From assembly GCA_043803945.1 (NCBI GenBank), contig JAZDJN010000095.1:32001-96000 (forward strand): a stretch of DNA of 64,000 bases, written 5' to 3'. Both the position numbers and the translations under genes were made by a program. Shown here in pieces: positions 8,310 through 18,047 of the stretch (position 1 is the stretch's first letter; every line of letters starts with the position of its first letter). This DNA comes from a bacterium. Its GTDB lineage: Bacteria; Bacteroidota; Ignavibacteria; UBA10030. Below the pieces are notes generated by a model. It was not told where the DNA came from and made no database searches. It saw only the letters and a list, made by a program, of their open reading frames with translations.

Positions 8310-10120
8310 TGAAGAGTTTTATTTTTCCTTTCCTGCTGCTCATTCTTCTTTCCCGATCGGCATTCGCCCAGGATGCTTCATTCGAGGCTTCGGTTGCACA
8401 AACAACCGTTGCGACGGGCGAGCAGTTTGCGCTTTCCTTTACATGCTCCGGAACAGAAATGAACAGCATGAAAAACTTCCGGGCTCCCGATTTCAACCAG
8501 TTTGTTGTTCTCAGCGGTCCTAACCAATCGACAAATATGCAGATCGTCAACAATTCGGTTTCGGCGACAATTATCTATACCTATTATCTCTCTGCCCGCC
8601 AACCCGGAAAATTTAGCATCGGTTCTGCATCAATTGAATACAAAGGTAAAACGCTCAAAACAAAAGCTCTCCAGATCGAGGTCGTTCTGGGAAAACCGAA
8701 ACCCAAGGAGGCACAGGCTCAGCCCGCAAGTCAGGAGATCGGGGATAATCTGTTCATCCGGGCAACGACCGACAAACAGCGTGTGAGGCAGGGCGAACAG
8801 TTGGTGGTTACCTACAAACTCTATACCCGCCTCGGTGTTTCCGGTTATGACATTGCCCGGGCACCTGTGTATCAGGGGTTCTGGTCCGAAGAGGTAGAAC
8901 AACCGCGGCAGCCTGTGGTAACAACAGAGGTTATCGACGGCAAGCAGTTTCGTGTTGCCACAATGCGCAAGACCGCGCTCTTCCCAACACAAAGCGGCAA
9001 GTTAACTGTTTCTCCACTGGAAGTTCGCTGCATGGTGCAGGTACAGACCCGCCAACGTAGTAATGATCCATTCGAGTTGTTGCTGAACGATTTCTCTCGC
9101 GTGCAAACTGTCGAACACGAGATCAAATCGAACCCCCTTACCATTACTGTCGACCCGCTCCCCGGAACAGCACCGGTTTCATACACCGGAGCGGTGGGTA
9201 AATTTTCTTTCTCGGCAACCGTTGATAAAAAATCTGTGAAGACCGGCGATCCCGTTACACTTCGTCTTTCCGTAAGCGGCACCGGGGTGATCAAACTTCT
9301 CTCGCTGCCGAAACCGGCGCTTCCCTCTGACTTTGAAGCCTATGAACCAAAAATTTCTGAAGAGTCGAAGGTCGAGGGCGGCCTTGTCAGGGGCAAGAAG
9401 ACGGCAGAATATCTTGTTATTCCGCGCAACGCCGGCGAGCGGACAATTGAACCGATTCCTTTTTCCTACTTCGACCTTGAGAGCGGCGGATATCGGACAC
9501 TCACCTCTCAACGATTCGATCTCTCTGTCGCTCCTGGAAAAGAATTTGCCACCGGCACAAACATTGCGGCAAAAAGCGATGTCCGGTTACTCGGCGAGGA
9601 TATTCGCTTCCTTAAGCTCGATCTCGGCCAGACGCATCAGCTTGACGAATCGCCATTTAATTCGGGGTGGTTTTTAGCAGTCCTCATTTTGCCGCCCCTA
9701 TTTTTTATAGGGGCATTCCTCTATCGCCGCCGCACCGACAAATTGACCGGCAACATCTGGAGGTTGAGAGCAGAGAAAGCCGGCAAAGAGGCTGCGCGGC
9801 GGCTGAAGTCTGCCCGAAAAATTCTTGCCCAGGGCAACAGCGAGAGCTTTTACGCAGAAGTCTCTAAAGCGCTCACCGGTTACCTTGAAGACAAGCTTCG
9901 CATTCCGCGGGCATCGTTCTCTCTAGATGATGCTCTTGTGCATTTGAAGGAGGGCGGGGTGCACGAAGAAATCTGTTCCAAAGTCAAATCCTGTTTTGAG
10001 CAGGCCGAGTTTGTGCGGTTTGCCCCGGCATCGGATACGCAGGAAGGCCGAACAGAGCTTCTCAACACGGCGGCAGATGTTATCAACACTGTGGAAAAAT
10101 TGTATACAGAACAATCATGA
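8309..10120 (+). CDS. batD: BatD family protein
   Basis: Signal peptide, repeated beta domains, YTGAVGKF, C-terminal TM, VRFAP; TAATG overlap with the upstream stop. Confidence 0.9.
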   Translation: MKSFIFPFLLLILLSRSAFAQDASFEASVAQTTVATGEQFALSFTCSGTEMNSMKNFRAPDFNQFVVLSGPNQSTNMQIVNNSVSATIIYTYYLSARQPGKFSIGSASIEYKGKTLKTKALQIEVVLGKPKPKEAQAQPASQEIGDNLFIRATTDKQRVRQGEQLVVTYKLYTRLGVSGYDIARAPVYQGFWSEEVEQPRQPVVTTEVIDGKQFRVATMRKTALFPTQSGKLTVSPLEVRCMVQVQTRQRSNDPFELLLNDFSRVQTVEHEIKSNPLTITVDPLPGTAPVSYTGAVGKFSFSATVDKKSVKTGDPVTLRLSVSGTGVIKLLSLPKPALPSDFEAYEPKISEESKVEGGLVRGKKTAEYLVIPRNAGERTIEPIPFSYFDLESGGYRTLTSQRFDLSVAPGKEFATGTNIAAKSDVRLLGEDIRFLKLDLGQTHQLDESPFNSGWFLAVLILPPLFFIGAFLYRRRTDKLTGNIWRLRAEKAGKEAARRLKSARKILAQGNSESFYAEVSKALTGYLEDKLRIPRASFSLDDALVHLKEGGVHEEICSKVKSCFEQAEFVRFAPASDTQEGRTELLNTAADVINTVEKLYTEQS

Positions 10121-10884
10121 ACCGTCTGCCTCTTCTCTTTATTCTTGTTATTCTGCTTGCCGGCTCTATCGCCCCGGTTTATTCACAAACAGCACCGGAT
10201 GAATTTGAACGGGCTAACGCGTTGTACCGAGAGGGTAAATTCGAAGAAGCTGTTATGCATTTCGAAGCTATTATCCGGCAGGGCGTTGTCAGCGCACCAT
10301 TATATTTCAATCTTGGTAATTCCTATTACCGCCTCGGCCGTATAGCTCCAGCAATCCTCAACTATGAACGCGCACGACGTCTCGAGCCAGGCGATCCTGA
10401 CCTTCAGCATAATCTTTCACTTGCCAACTATAAAATCATCGATCGTATTGAGCCTCTTCCGGAATTATTCTTCATTCAATGGGCGAGGTCGGTTGCTTCG
10501 CTTGTCTCGCTCCATGGAATAACCCGCATCCTGATCGTTCTCTGGGTACTCTTCTTTGGCACGCTGACCCTCGTCTATCTTTTTCCGGGCAGCACTATGG
10601 TACGAATCGCCCGATGGCTTTTAGCTGGATCGGGAACATTGCTGCTGCTTGTCGGACTCCTGCTCGCCATCCAATTGTTTGCCAATCAATCCGGTAATGA
10701 TGCTATTATCATAGCTTCGACGGTGACCGCAAAAACTTCCCCCGATGAACAAAGTGTCGATGCCTTTGTCGTGCATGAAGGATTAAGGGTAACGATGAGC
10801 GATTCCCTCTCCGGCTGGGTAAAAATTATTCTCGCCGATGGGAAGGTTGGCTGGATTCGCTCGACACAATGCGAACGAATATAA
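10117..10884 (+). CDS. batE: BatE (TPR + SH3)
   Basis: FERANALY, LYFNLGNSYY, NYERA; C-terminal VHEG...WVKIILADGKVGWI. Confidence 0.9.
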   Translation: MNRLPLLFILVILLAGSIAPVYSQTAPDEFERANALYREGKFEEAVMHFEAIIRQGVVSAPLYFNLGNSYYRLGRIAPAILNYERARRLEPGDPDLQHNLSLANYKIIDRIEPLPELFFIQWARSVASLVSLHGITRILIVLWVLFFGTLTLVYLFPGSTMVRIARWLLAGSGTLLLLVGLLLAIQLFANQSGNDAIIIASTVTAKTSPDEQSVDAFVVHEGLRVTMSDSLSGWVKIILADGKVGWIRSTQCERI

Positions 10885-10947
10885 CGCCAGGATTTCCACC
10901 TCCTTCGATTACTGCATTCTCCTCTATTGCGCTTTATCATGCCACAC

Positions 10948-10976
10948 TTGACTTCTTTTCGCGCCGGAAGTACCTT
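10948..10976 (+). promoter_or_regulatory. Sigma70-like promoter
   Basis: TTGACT-17 nt-TACCTT upstream of 11026. Confidence 0.5.
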
Positions 10977-11025
10977 GTATTGCAATGCGTAAATACCCCT
11001 CTTACTTCCTGGAAGAGAAAGCATT

Positions 11026-12861
11026 ATGAACTCACATACTAAAAGGTATTTTATCGCTGTAATGATTGCTTTCACCATGCCGCTGTATGCACAGTACTAT
11101 GGAGAACAGGTGCTGGAGAAATCATTTGAGGTGACCGATTTTTTCTTCCGGCCGTTTAATTTGAATCCCTACGGGCTTGGAGCATTTAAGACTTCTGCCC
11201 CGGGGTTGATCGATGACCCGCTGTTGAATCTCACTCTCAATCCTGCAGCGCTTTCTTCCGACGCCATTCAAGACTATTATCTCTACATCGATTTCAGGAG
11301 CGCAAAAGAAGTTCAAAGCGGAGCTTCTTCCAGATATTACCCTCTTGAGGGTTCAACAAAGATGGTCTCCGACGCAATGTATTTTCCCAGGTACTACTAC
11401 AACGTCCGAAAAGAGATCGAGCCTGTCTTCTCGGGAGCTTTCCTTTCCCGCCCGTTCCCTTCTGCCATGCCCCGGCTTACACTCGGCCTCGCCTATCAAG
11501 CAATGATGCAGGATGAGCGGTATTATGCGATACCACAAGATGTGTATCGTTCATCAGAAGGGAAAGACTATCTCGGACGAGCAACGAGCAACGAGACCGT
11601 CCCAATTATTGACCGGTACAGCGGAACAGACAAGATGAACCAGCGAGGCCATTTATTTGCGCTTTATGCCGCATATCAATGGAGCAACAACCTGCACCTT
11701 GGGGTGAAACTTGGAAGGGGTTTGTTTGATCGCGATGGATCTGTTGGATCGAGCAATCTCTGGGGATACGGCCAGGCACAGAATTATAACTCTCTCTGGT
11801 CGAACTCAGAACATCGCGAACAGAATTACCGGCACTGGGAAACTGCCGCGGGTGCTACCTATCAGATAAACGATTTGTCGTCTCTTGGTGCGAGCCTTGG
11901 AACAATCTGGGGCGATGCTGTTCAAGAACTGCAGCGGTCCGATACCTCATTCTATGGAAGCGGGACGATCGGCGTTGGCACGAACTGGAGCTACAATACG
12001 CATTCCGGCCGCACGCTGCAATCCTGGAATCATGATAATTCGTCGCTCTATGGCTCACTGTACTATAACCGACGTTTCAGCGAAAAGCTTGTGATGTCCA
12101 TTCAATACCAATTCCTCAGCCAGGATGACGATCTTTCTCTGTTCTCTTCCTTGCGCGATAGTTCGTATTCTAACTACTATTACACATCGACAAATTATGA
12201 GAGCAAATCGAAATCCGATTACACCGTTCTCGACCGCCGTACGGGAAGCGGTACAAAAACCCTCAGAGAACATAACCTCCTTCTGGCTTCACGCTGGAAG
12301 ATCGGGGAAGAGACCACTGTCGACGTCGGGCTGGGGATTTCCTTTCATAATACAACAACGACAACCTCAGAGCCGGTGTTTGCCGACCGGCACTCTCGCT
12401 ATGAGTCGTACTATAAAAGCGGCAACATCAGCGGCGAAGGCAAATACTACGACGCCGCGACCGAAGAGAAATCCCTGCTGTGGGAATTCTCTTCGAACAT
12501 CACGACGTATCACATTCCTGTGATGGTGAAGCATCGGGTGAGTGAATCCATTACAATTTTCTTCGGCGTGGACCGTAAACTATCGAGCTGGGAAATTAAC
12601 GACATGACGCTGGCTGTGTTCGCATACCGCTATCTCAATTCCAACGGCACAGAGAATCGGACCACGAATTTCGGGGAGCGTTATACTCAACCGAAGGAAG
12701 TTGTGACTGATGTGCGCACAACGGTGCTTGGAGGCGTTGAGGTTTCTCTCGCATCAATGTTGAACCTCCGGCTTCTCGCTGTTCCAAACTTTACGGACAG
12801 CTACGAGGGATCGAAGTTCAGCCAGTTGCAATGGTGGATTAGTGTGACGTTGCATCCGTAA
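11026..12861 (+). CDS. Secreted, probable outer-membrane beta-barrel protein
   Basis: Signal peptide ending LYA-Q, NPAAL motif, alternating aromatic/polar strands, terminal WWISVTLHP. Confidence 0.65.
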   Translation: MNSHTKRYFIAVMIAFTMPLYAQYYGEQVLEKSFEVTDFFFRPFNLNPYGLGAFKTSAPGLIDDPLLNLTLNPAALSSDAIQDYYLYIDFRSAKEVQSGASSRYYPLEGSTKMVSDAMYFPRYYYNVRKEIEPVFSGAFLSRPFPSAMPRLTLGLAYQAMMQDERYYAIPQDVYRSSEGKDYLGRATSNETVPIIDRYSGTDKMNQRGHLFALYAAYQWSNNLHLGVKLGRGLFDRDGSVGSSNLWGYGQAQNYNSLWSNSEHREQNYRHWETAAGATYQINDLSSLGASLGTIWGDAVQELQRSDTSFYGSGTIGVGTNWSYNTHSGRTLQSWNHDNSSLYGSLYYNRRFSEKLVMSIQYQFLSQDDDLSLFSSLRDSSYSNYYYTSTNYESKSKSDYTVLDRRTGSGTKTLREHNLLLASRWKIGEETTVDVGLGISFHNTTTTTSEPVFADRHSRYESYYKSGNISGEGKYYDAATEEKSLLWEFSSNITTYHIPVMVKHRVSESITIFFGVDRKLSSWEINDMTLAVFAYRYLNSNGTENRTTNFGERYTQPKEVVTDVRTTVLGGVEVSLASMLNLRLLAVPNFTDSYEGSKFSQLQWWISVTLHP

Positions 12862-15702
12862 TCATTGTGTTGCTTTCACCACAACAACCGTTTGATCGTC
12901 GTTTTGATCATTCCCCTGCATGAACACCCTCACTTCGCTGATAATATAATCACGGATCTCTTCGGCCGGACGAGCTGCCGCGGCATGGAGTGTACTCACG
13001 AGCTGCTCTTCACCGAATTGCGCTCCATCGCTTCGCTCTGCATCGGTAACACCATCGCTCACCAGAAGAAACACATCGTTTGGTCGATACGGCACGATCC
13101 TCTCTTCCAGTTCTTCCGCAAACAACCGGTCCGATTCAAGGCCGAGGCCAAGGCCTTTTGGAATAATTTTTTCAATCCGCTGGGTCGCAGCAGAATAATG
13201 GTACACAGGCAAATGGCCGGCCCGGGTGAGGATAACTTCTTTTTTATCAAGATGGAAAAAGCCGCCAACGGCCGTTATGAACGAGTTCTTTTCAAGATCG
13301 TTGCAGAGAAGTTTGTTTGTGCGGATAAATAATTCCTTGGGAGACAAATTGAAGGCATAGAGGGAACGGAAAATTCCCTGCACCTTTGAGAGGTACAACG
13401 CTGCCGATGTCCCTTTTCCGCTGACATCGCCAACGATTACGGTGAAGCGGTCGGGAATGCCGTTCAGGTAATCGAAATAATCGCCGCCGACCTCCATTGC
13501 CGGCGCTGAAATTCCGGAAATATCCAGCCCCTGGATTTTCGGAGTGTTCTGCGGCAGCGATGCCATTTGAATTCTTCGGGCCAGGGCAAGTTCATGTTTC
13601 ATGCGTTCCTGTTCGGCAAGCTCTTCGTACAGAAATGCATTTTCGATAGCAACCGAAGCCTGCTTGGCTACAGCGCTGAGGAATTCCAGGTCTTCATGGG
13701 TGTACGTTGCCTCCGACCGCTTCTCGCCGACAACAACTGCTCCAATGAGATGGTTCTTCGATTGGATCGGCAGGATGTAGTGGAATCCAAACCGCTTCAT
13801 CTCCTCTTTCCACTCTGCCGGCAGATACTCGGTACTTACACCGCCATGAAACGGCTGAAGCTGTTTCGCAAGATCCGCTCCTTTGGCGACACAGTATTCT
13901 TTCCATGCGTTTGCCGAAAATCCATGAACTTCCTGGCAACAACAGACTTTCTCATCGCGGAAAAACAGAACTCCCACACTCTTCAACTGCAGAAGCTGAG
14001 CAATCTTTTCGCCCATGCCGCGCGCAAGATCGACCATGCTAAGTTTTGTCGCCATTACTTCCGCCAACTCGTTCGCCGCACGACGATAATCGTACCTCAC
14101 ATGATAGAACATTGTATCAATGCTTCGCTGACCCAGCTTCCACACTCTCCACGCCGACACCATCACCAGGACAGCGGCAAGCATGAGAACCCCTTTTTCA
14201 AACCAGATCTTCCGTTCGGGGGTTATGGGAGCATCCAGAAGCTCAATCGAGGTAAGGGAAATCTGGATGTTCGGGATCTGGAATTGGCGGTCCTGGAGCC
14301 AAGCAAGCAAAACGATGCTCGCGACCAGCAAGACAATACTCCAGCAGAACGAAACAATGACATATTGAATGTTGCGGCGAACCCGAAGCTCCATGTCCAA
14401 CAACCGATAGCGGCCAATTGTGTACATAAAAGAGAGCGGAATGAATATCAGGAGCACTCCAAGGTAGCCGAGAAACCGTTGGCCGTTTACGAGGATCATT
14501 AAGATCACTATGAGGATGGCTGCAGCGCTTACAAGTATCGATGTATTCTTTGGGATTGCGTTGAGTCTTCGATATTCCTCCGATGCCTGTTTCCTAAAAT
14601 TCACCCAGATGAAGATTTGATAGCCGGACAGAATGACGATACACAGCAAGATTAGAAGAATTATCAAGCCTTGTACCACCAGCGGCCGCGTGGCTATTGC
14701 TGCAGATACTGTAATCAGGAACAGTACAGCCGAAAGCAGATATGCGTTGCGGAGCACCCAGCGTTTTCCAATCAACTCCGGACGTTCCTTGGGAAAGTAA
14801 TGCCCAGCATGAATGTTGAGAGGGAAGAACAGGTAAAGTGCTGCAACGGTTAGAATCGTGAGCAGGTTTTCGAAGAGGTCGGGGAGAACGCCCCTTCTCA
14901 CGAAAAAGAGCATCATGAAAAATCCGGTTGTGAGAAATGTATTGCTCAGTATTCTTGCCCCGATCAAATTTGGCCGGGCGACTCCCAGAAAGACCCCGGT
15001 ACCAAAGAAGATCAGGCCTGAAAGAATAAAAAGTATAACGCCCGTTGGCATCCCGAGTGCGGCGAGAACAAGATTGAGAGATTGTGTTTCTCCTCCGCGC
15101 ACAATTTCATACGTGCTTGTTCTGCCGCTCTGTGTTTCACGCATCACAAGATCTGCTTCGGCCGAACCGTTAAACGACTTTCCGTTAATTCGGATAATAA
15201 CATCTCCCACTTTCAGTCCGGCGCGATCGGAGGCACCGCCGGGAGTTACGGCTGTTACTCCAACGCCGCGACCGAAGTTCTGTACAAACGGTTTCGGGAT
15301 CGTCTGCCGCGGCACCAGATAGTCCTTCAACTGTTGTCCATCGATGGAAAAGACCCGGAGTTCAACGTCCGCCCCGTTTGCATTGCTAAGCATAACGTGT
15401 GCGGAGTCGACAGAGTACACCCGTTTTCCATCTATTCTCATCAGATAATCGCCGACGTGTATTTTGCCTGGTGTCGTTTCTCCTTTTTTCTGTTTGAGCA
15501 CTCCCTCTGTCTCGGCAACAATATAGAGCTCCGTTACATCGGCTCCTGCGGCGTTTCGTATGCCAATATCGATAAACACGTTCTCGTCTGTAGACGTGCT
15601 GGCATAACGATAAATCCCTGTAAACGAGAGAACGAGAGAAGCTGCCGTTAGCAGGATAAAGAGTGCCCGAAAGCGATTAGGATGTTTGTCAAAATATCTC
15701 AT
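12862..15702 (-). CDS. Membrane SpoIIE/RsbU-type PP2C phosphatase with PDZ and GAF domains
   Basis: PDZ (VTPGGASDRAGLKVGDVIIRING), multiple TMs, GAF (DLEFLSAVAKQASVAIENA), PP2C motifs VGGDYFD, GDVSGKG, RAGH, SDGV, DDQT. Confidence 0.9.
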   Translation of the reverse strand: MRYFDKHPNRFRALFILLTAASLVLSFTGIYRYASTSTDENVFIDIGIRNAAGADVTELYIVAETEGVLKQKKGETTPGKIHVGDYLMRIDGKRVYSVDSAHVMLSNANGADVELRVFSIDGQQLKDYLVPRQTIPKPFVQNFGRGVGVTAVTPGGASDRAGLKVGDVIIRINGKSFNGSAEADLVMRETQSGRTSTYEIVRGGETQSLNLVLAALGMPTGVILFILSGLIFFGTGVFLGVARPNLIGARILSNTFLTTGFFMMLFFVRRGVLPDLFENLLTILTVAALYLFFPLNIHAGHYFPKERPELIGKRWVLRNAYLLSAVLFLITVSAAIATRPLVVQGLIILLILLCIVILSGYQIFIWVNFRKQASEEYRRLNAIPKNTSILVSAAAILIVILMILVNGQRFLGYLGVLLIFIPLSFMYTIGRYRLLDMELRVRRNIQYVIVSFCWSIVLLVASIVLLAWLQDRQFQIPNIQISLTSIELLDAPITPERKIWFEKGVLMLAAVLVMVSAWRVWKLGQRSIDTMFYHVRYDYRRAANELAEVMATKLSMVDLARGMGEKIAQLLQLKSVGVLFFRDEKVCCCQEVHGFSANAWKEYCVAKGADLAKQLQPFHGGVSTEYLPAEWKEEMKRFGFHYILPIQSKNHLIGAVVVGEKRSEATYTHEDLEFLSAVAKQASVAIENAFLYEELAEQERMKHELALARRIQMASLPQNTPKIQGLDISGISAPAMEVGGDYFDYLNGIPDRFTVIVGDVSGKGTSAALYLSKVQGIFRSLYAFNLSPKELFIRTNKLLCNDLEKNSFITAVGGFFHLDKKEVILTRAGHLPVYHYSAATQRIEKIIPKGLGLGLESDRLFAEELEERIVPYRPNDVFLLVSDGVTDAERSDGAQFGEEQLVSTLHAAAARPAEEIRDYIISEVRVFMQGNDQNDDQTVVVVKATQ

Positions 15703-16003
15703 AGGATCAAAATGCTCCGCTTGTTATTCCCTACGAAAAATCGAAGAGGATGTTGCCGATGTGAGAGCCGGGAAACCAATTAATTCCTTTCCTCGTTAGA
15801 ATAAATCGCTTATTAATGATATCTTCATTTTTCAATTAAGATACTTATTCTTTAACAAAAATATCCCGTTACTGGCGTACCTTGAATTTGCTTTTACACT
15901 ATTTACCGATAAGCCTTCACGTTTCGCCGAATATTTCGTAACTTCGTAATGGAAAGGAAGTATCTTAGCTCAACGGTTCGGCCATAGTTCAACACGGAAT
16001 ATC

Positions 16004-17194
16004 ATGGAATCTAAAAATACCGATTTATCAGCGTTAAGAATCAACCGGGCAAACGACACATTCGGAGCTCCTCCCAAACGGAAGGTCTGGGTTGTTCTCG
16101 TATTTATTGTTTGTGTCGCCCTTTTGGCCTACGGTGCTTTTTCTCTTTATAACCGCGTTATGACGCCAGCACTCGAGGTTCGGCTCTCTTCTGCCGCTTG
16201 GAGCTCCCCCTCCCAATCAAATGCTGTTCTGACCGCAAGCGGGTATGTCGTTGCACAGAGAAAGGCTTCGGTTGCTTCAAAGGCAACTGGACGTCTTGAA
16301 TTTCTTGGAGTGGTTGAGGGAGACCGCGTGATGCAGGGCGAGATTATTGCCCGCATTGAAGATGCTGATCTCAAGGCATCGCTCAATCAGGCCCGCGCCA
16401 ACCTCCGGGTATACGAAGCTGAACTGAAGGACGCCCGGCAATCCCTCGGACGCCAGAAGGCTCTTTTAGAGAAAGCTCTTACCACTCAGGCCGAATATGA
16501 CGCGGCAGAAGCACGCTACGACCGGACGCTGGCTTCCATCGAAGCGGCAAAAGCCGCCGTTACGGGTGCTGAAGTTGCGCTGGAAAATACGCTGATCCGC
16601 GCTCCCTTTGATGGTACTGTGCTAACCAAAAATGCCGACATCGGCGAAATGGTTGTTCCCATGGCGGCAAGCGTCGGATCGCGAGCGGCGGTGGTGACAC
16701 TTGCCGATATGAGCTCTCTTCAGGTTGAAGCAGATGTTTCTGAATCCAACATTGAGCGCGTGATTATTAATCAGCCATGCGAAATTACACTCGACGCCTA
16801 TCCCGATTTTCGGTATCAAGGGTATGTGAAAAAAATTGTGCCCACCGCAGATCGCGCAAAAGCAACCGTCATGGTGAAGGTAGCGTTTAAATCGTACGAC
16901 AGCAGGGTGCTGCCCGAAATGAGCGCAAAAGTATTATTCCTCGGGCAGGGATCATCTGCCGCTCAGCAACAGGCTAAATCACTGCTCACCATCCCTGCAA
17001 GTGCAGTAGCGAAGAGAAATGGTAATGCTGTTGTGTATATCGTCCGCGAAAATAAAGCCGTCGAAGTTCCTGTTGTTCTCGGTAAAGAACTCGGGTTGCT
17101 TATAGAGGTCAAAGGGGGGGTGACAGCAGGAGACAAGGTAATCTCGACCATTACAGCGCAACTCGTGAACGGTGTCGCGGTAAAGGTACAATAA
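16004..17194 (+). CDS. Efflux periplasmic adaptor (MacA/HlyD-like)
   Basis: N-terminal TM, LTASGYVVAQR, IRAPFDGTV, VPTADRAKATV. Confidence 0.9.
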   Translation: MESKNTDLSALRINRANDTFGAPPKRKVWVVLVFIVCVALLAYGAFSLYNRVMTPALEVRLSSAAWSSPSQSNAVLTASGYVVAQRKASVASKATGRLEFLGVVEGDRVMQGEIIARIEDADLKASLNQARANLRVYEAELKDARQSLGRQKALLEKALTTQAEYDAAEARYDRTLASIEAAKAAVTGAEVALENTLIRAPFDGTVLTKNADIGEMVVPMAASVGSRAAVVTLADMSSLQVEADVSESNIERVIINQPCEITLDAYPDFRYQGYVKKIVPTADRAKATVMVKVAFKSYDSRVLPEMSAKVLFLGQGSSAAQQQAKSLLTIPASAVAKRNGNAVVYIVRENKAVEVPVVLGKELGLLIEVKGGVTAGDKVISTITAQLVNGVAVKVQ

Positions 17195-17242
17195 TCGTAA
17201 CTCCTGCTCATCTAAATAGATAACAAACCATTTTTAACCACC

Positions 17243-17277
17243 CCTGCCCTCCTTCGTCGGGCAAAGCGGCAGGCAGG
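17243..17277. mobile_element. CCTGCC...GGCAGG mini-element (family A)
   Basis: CCTGCCCTCCTTCGTCGGGCAAAGCGGCAGGCAGG in an intra-operon gap. Confidence 0.6.
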
Positions 17278-17366
17278 CGTGGAGAACTTACTGAGCGGTT
17301 ACCAATAATCGTAGCATGCAGTACTATATTTGGGGGATCATTACTTTACTAACAGATGGAGATTCC

Positions 17367-18038
17367 ATGTCGACACTTGTAGAAGTTCAGAACGTATCAA
17401 AATCGTACTGGCGGGATAGTTTTGAAATTCCCGTGCTTAACAATGTTTCTCTTTTTATTCCCGAGGGAGAGTTTCTCGCACTTATGGGCCCTTCGGGTTC
17501 GGGCAAAACAACTCTGCTCAATCTCATCGCAGGAATCGACCGCCCTACTAAGGGTGATATCTCGGTTGCCGGAGTCGATATTGCGAAGCTCGGCGAGTCT
17601 GCCCTGGCAACATGGCGGGCAAACCATGTCGGGTTTGTTTTTCAATTTTATAATCTCATTCCCGTTCTGACTGCATTTGAAAATGTTGAACTCCCTCTTC
17701 TGCTTACATCGTTATCGAAGGCCGATCGAAAGAAGCATGTGGAGGCTGCGCTTCAGGTGGTCGGGCTGGAAGATCGGATTCATCATTACCCCAAACAACT
17801 TTCCGGCGGCCAGGAGCAACGGGTTGCCATTGCCCGGGCAATTGTCACAGACCCGACACTGTTGGTTGCCGACGAACCGACCGGCGACCTCGACAAGCAT
17901 TCTGCCGAAGAAATTCTCACACTCCTCGAGCGGCTAAACAAGGAGTTTAAGAAGACAATAATTGTTGTCACCCATGATCCTCGAGCAGCGGAGAAAGCCA
18001 ACATTGTCCGCCACCTCGACAAGGGCGACCTGCACTAG
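17367..18038 (+). CDS. ABC transporter ATP-binding protein (LolD/MacB-like)
   Basis: [32 protein letters not shown]. Confidence 0.95.
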   Translation: MSTLVEVQNVSKSYWRDSFEIPVLNNVSLFIPEGEFLALMGPSGSGKTTLLNLIAGIDRPTKGDISVAGVDIAKLGESALATWRANHVGFVFQFYNLIPVLTAFENVELPLLLTSLSKADRKKHVEAALQVVGLEDRIHHYPKQLSGGQEQRVAIARAIVTDPTLLVADEPTGDLDKHSAEEILTLLERLNKEFKKTIIVVTHDPRAAEKANIVRHLDKGDLH

Positions 18039-18047
18039 GAGGATGAT

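Noticed and set aside
13567-14502. 311-aa plus-strand ORF
   Set aside because: Antisense shadow of the phosphatase gene with no recognisable motifs. The same applies to most short overlapping ORFs in the track.
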